Below are positions 62,214 through 64,000 of a stretch of DNA of 64,000 bases, piece by piece. Below the pieces are notes generated by a model, which saw only the letters and a list, made by a program, of their open reading frames with translations, searched no databases and had not been told where the DNA came from. The stretch is from the NCBI GenBank assembly GCA_964106645.2, contig OZ067043.1; one strand, written 5' to 3'. The DNA is from Podarcis pityusensis. Lineage: Eukaryota. A program made the translations under genes and the position numbers. Each line of letters starts with the position of its first letter. Position 1 is the stretch's first letter.

Positions 62214-64000
62214 TTCTAAGTAGATTCTAAGTAGAAGGCTTAGGGTAAAAAAACAGCTAGTGCCAGGAAGATATCTGGCTGGGAAAGAAAATTGGAACCA
62301 TCAAGTGTCTTCCTCCAGTACACACTTCCCTTCCTCCTGCCTGACTGCTGGTTTGAATTTGAAGATTCAAAATTTATTCTTCCTCTTTTGTGGTGGGAGG
62401 AAGGTCTTCACTCTTTAGTCCATGCTGTTAGTGTTTTCACCTTACTTTCTGATGTTTTAAGATGTGCCCCCTCACTTTTGGTATCAGAGCTGAGCTGAAG
62501 GGGAGGGGCATCATAAAACAGTGAAGTACATAGCTAAGGCAGGGGAGGGAGTAGATTTTGCTCCCCAAACTTATTTTAGAGTAAAAGGTTAATCTTCTCA
62601 CCACCACTACCCTACTTTATATTCAAACTATCACTGAGCATTTAATACACGTGTGCATTTGGTTAGGCCCTTAGTCTCTTCAACTTTCTGCCACCTGCTA
62701 TTTCCTCAGCTCCTTTGAATGTGTACGCTCTTTCTGCGTGTACTCAAGTGTGTACTCACTTTCTTTAGACAACTTGACCAGTTTTGCACTCCTACCAAGA
62801 ACACACAAACTCTTTCCCCTTTCATTAGCTCATTTTTTATCTCACTCTTCTAAACCATCTTTTTCTGTTCTTGTTTTCCTCAGACCCCTCTCTGCCTTAT
62901 CCAACCTTCCCTCAGCTTTCCATTTCTGGAATACCTTCCTTTAGCCTCCATGTGTTCAGGCTGCTTACCTGTGAGTGCTGCTTCCTCCTGGGACCTCTTC
63001 CTGTTGAGCTTTCCAGTCCATATTCTCCATGTGAGAGATTTTGTTTTGTTTTGTTTACTTCATCTGGCAAAGTTGGAGCAATATGAAGCCACAGCCTAAT
63101 AATCTCCCTCAGCAGATGGAATGTTCACAGAAACTGTTAAACCTCACAGTAGCTCAGCCAACTCAGGAACCAGAGGCTTCATTGCCACTGCTTTCAAAAT
63201 TGACACAAAACCTCTTAGAAATGCACCTGGGATTAGAAAACTGGGATTAGAGAAGGCTGATAAACTAATGTAGCTTAGCAAAAAATAAAAATGCATAAAT
63301 CCACAGAATAAAAAAGAGATATGGGTCATGTAGTTCAGCCCTGAAGTACAAACATAGCCAAAGAAAGAACACTTTGAATTAATTGGTTTAAAATATGCAT
63401 CTGCTCAAATAAAGGTATTATTTCAAACAATAAAACATTATTGCAAAATCAGATTGCAATCGATTCAATTTGTTCCACATAGAAGGTTCAGATATGATCC
63501 AAATCTAGGGGGTGGGGGAAAACTCTCCTACCCCTTGCCACTTAAAGTAATATTTTCATTTATTAGTTTCGCCGAAGGCAGAAAGTTCCTCTCACTCATT
63601 CTGGCTATGATTGTGTCTGAGAGCAGGAATAATTCTGGTCCCTTCAAACAGCTGTCTACTGCTGCCCTCTTGCTGGTTTTTAATAAGTAATCTCCAGCCA
63701 GGAGCAGCCATGGTAACAATAAATGTGTCACCAGCCTTACATGCTTCCTTTGGTGGTGATTCTAGACCATTTATCATCATAAAAAATGGCTTGTGTCATC
63801 CTGAATGATATTAAAAGTTGCTCCAGGACTTTAGTAATGAAACAACGTGCCTGCCAGACCTATGGAGAAGCTGAGAACACACAGCGTTTCCCTCACAGCT
63901 AGTCGTCAGTCATCTGCTTGCTCTCTCAGGATAACCAAAGTTTTTAGACCGTGTCTATGGAAGTCTTTGGAGACCAGCCAGCAACATTTTATTAACTTGT

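Overview
Eukaryotic genomic DNA from a squamate reptile; Sauria SINEs, BovB-like RTE tails, CR1s and MITEs point to a lacertid-type lizard. Positions 583-~42660 (+) hold the 3' half of PTPRF (LAR receptor tyrosine phosphatase). There are 15 constitutive coding exons with mutually consistent phases and GT-AG sites, running from the membrane-proximal ectodomain and furin site through the TM helix, wedge, active D1 and pseudo-phosphatase D2 to ...GSFDHYAT*. Two frame-preserving juxtamembrane cassette exons (12 nt and 33 nt) and the 3' UTR with poly(A) signals are also present. The rest (43-64 kb) is intergenic with many transposon remnants, including a deleted chromodomain-integrase Gypsy element with an intact TSD. 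The most unusual item is a CpG-rich, LTR-like ~750-bp intronic insertion (12207-12961, - strand). It looks like a self-contained Pol II unit (promoter, TATA, AATAAA, GU-rich element). Its predicted RNA contains an ENE-like U5/U5 internal loop (poly(A) triple-helix type) and a ~300-nt multibranched fold. All calls were made by eye; no database searches were run.
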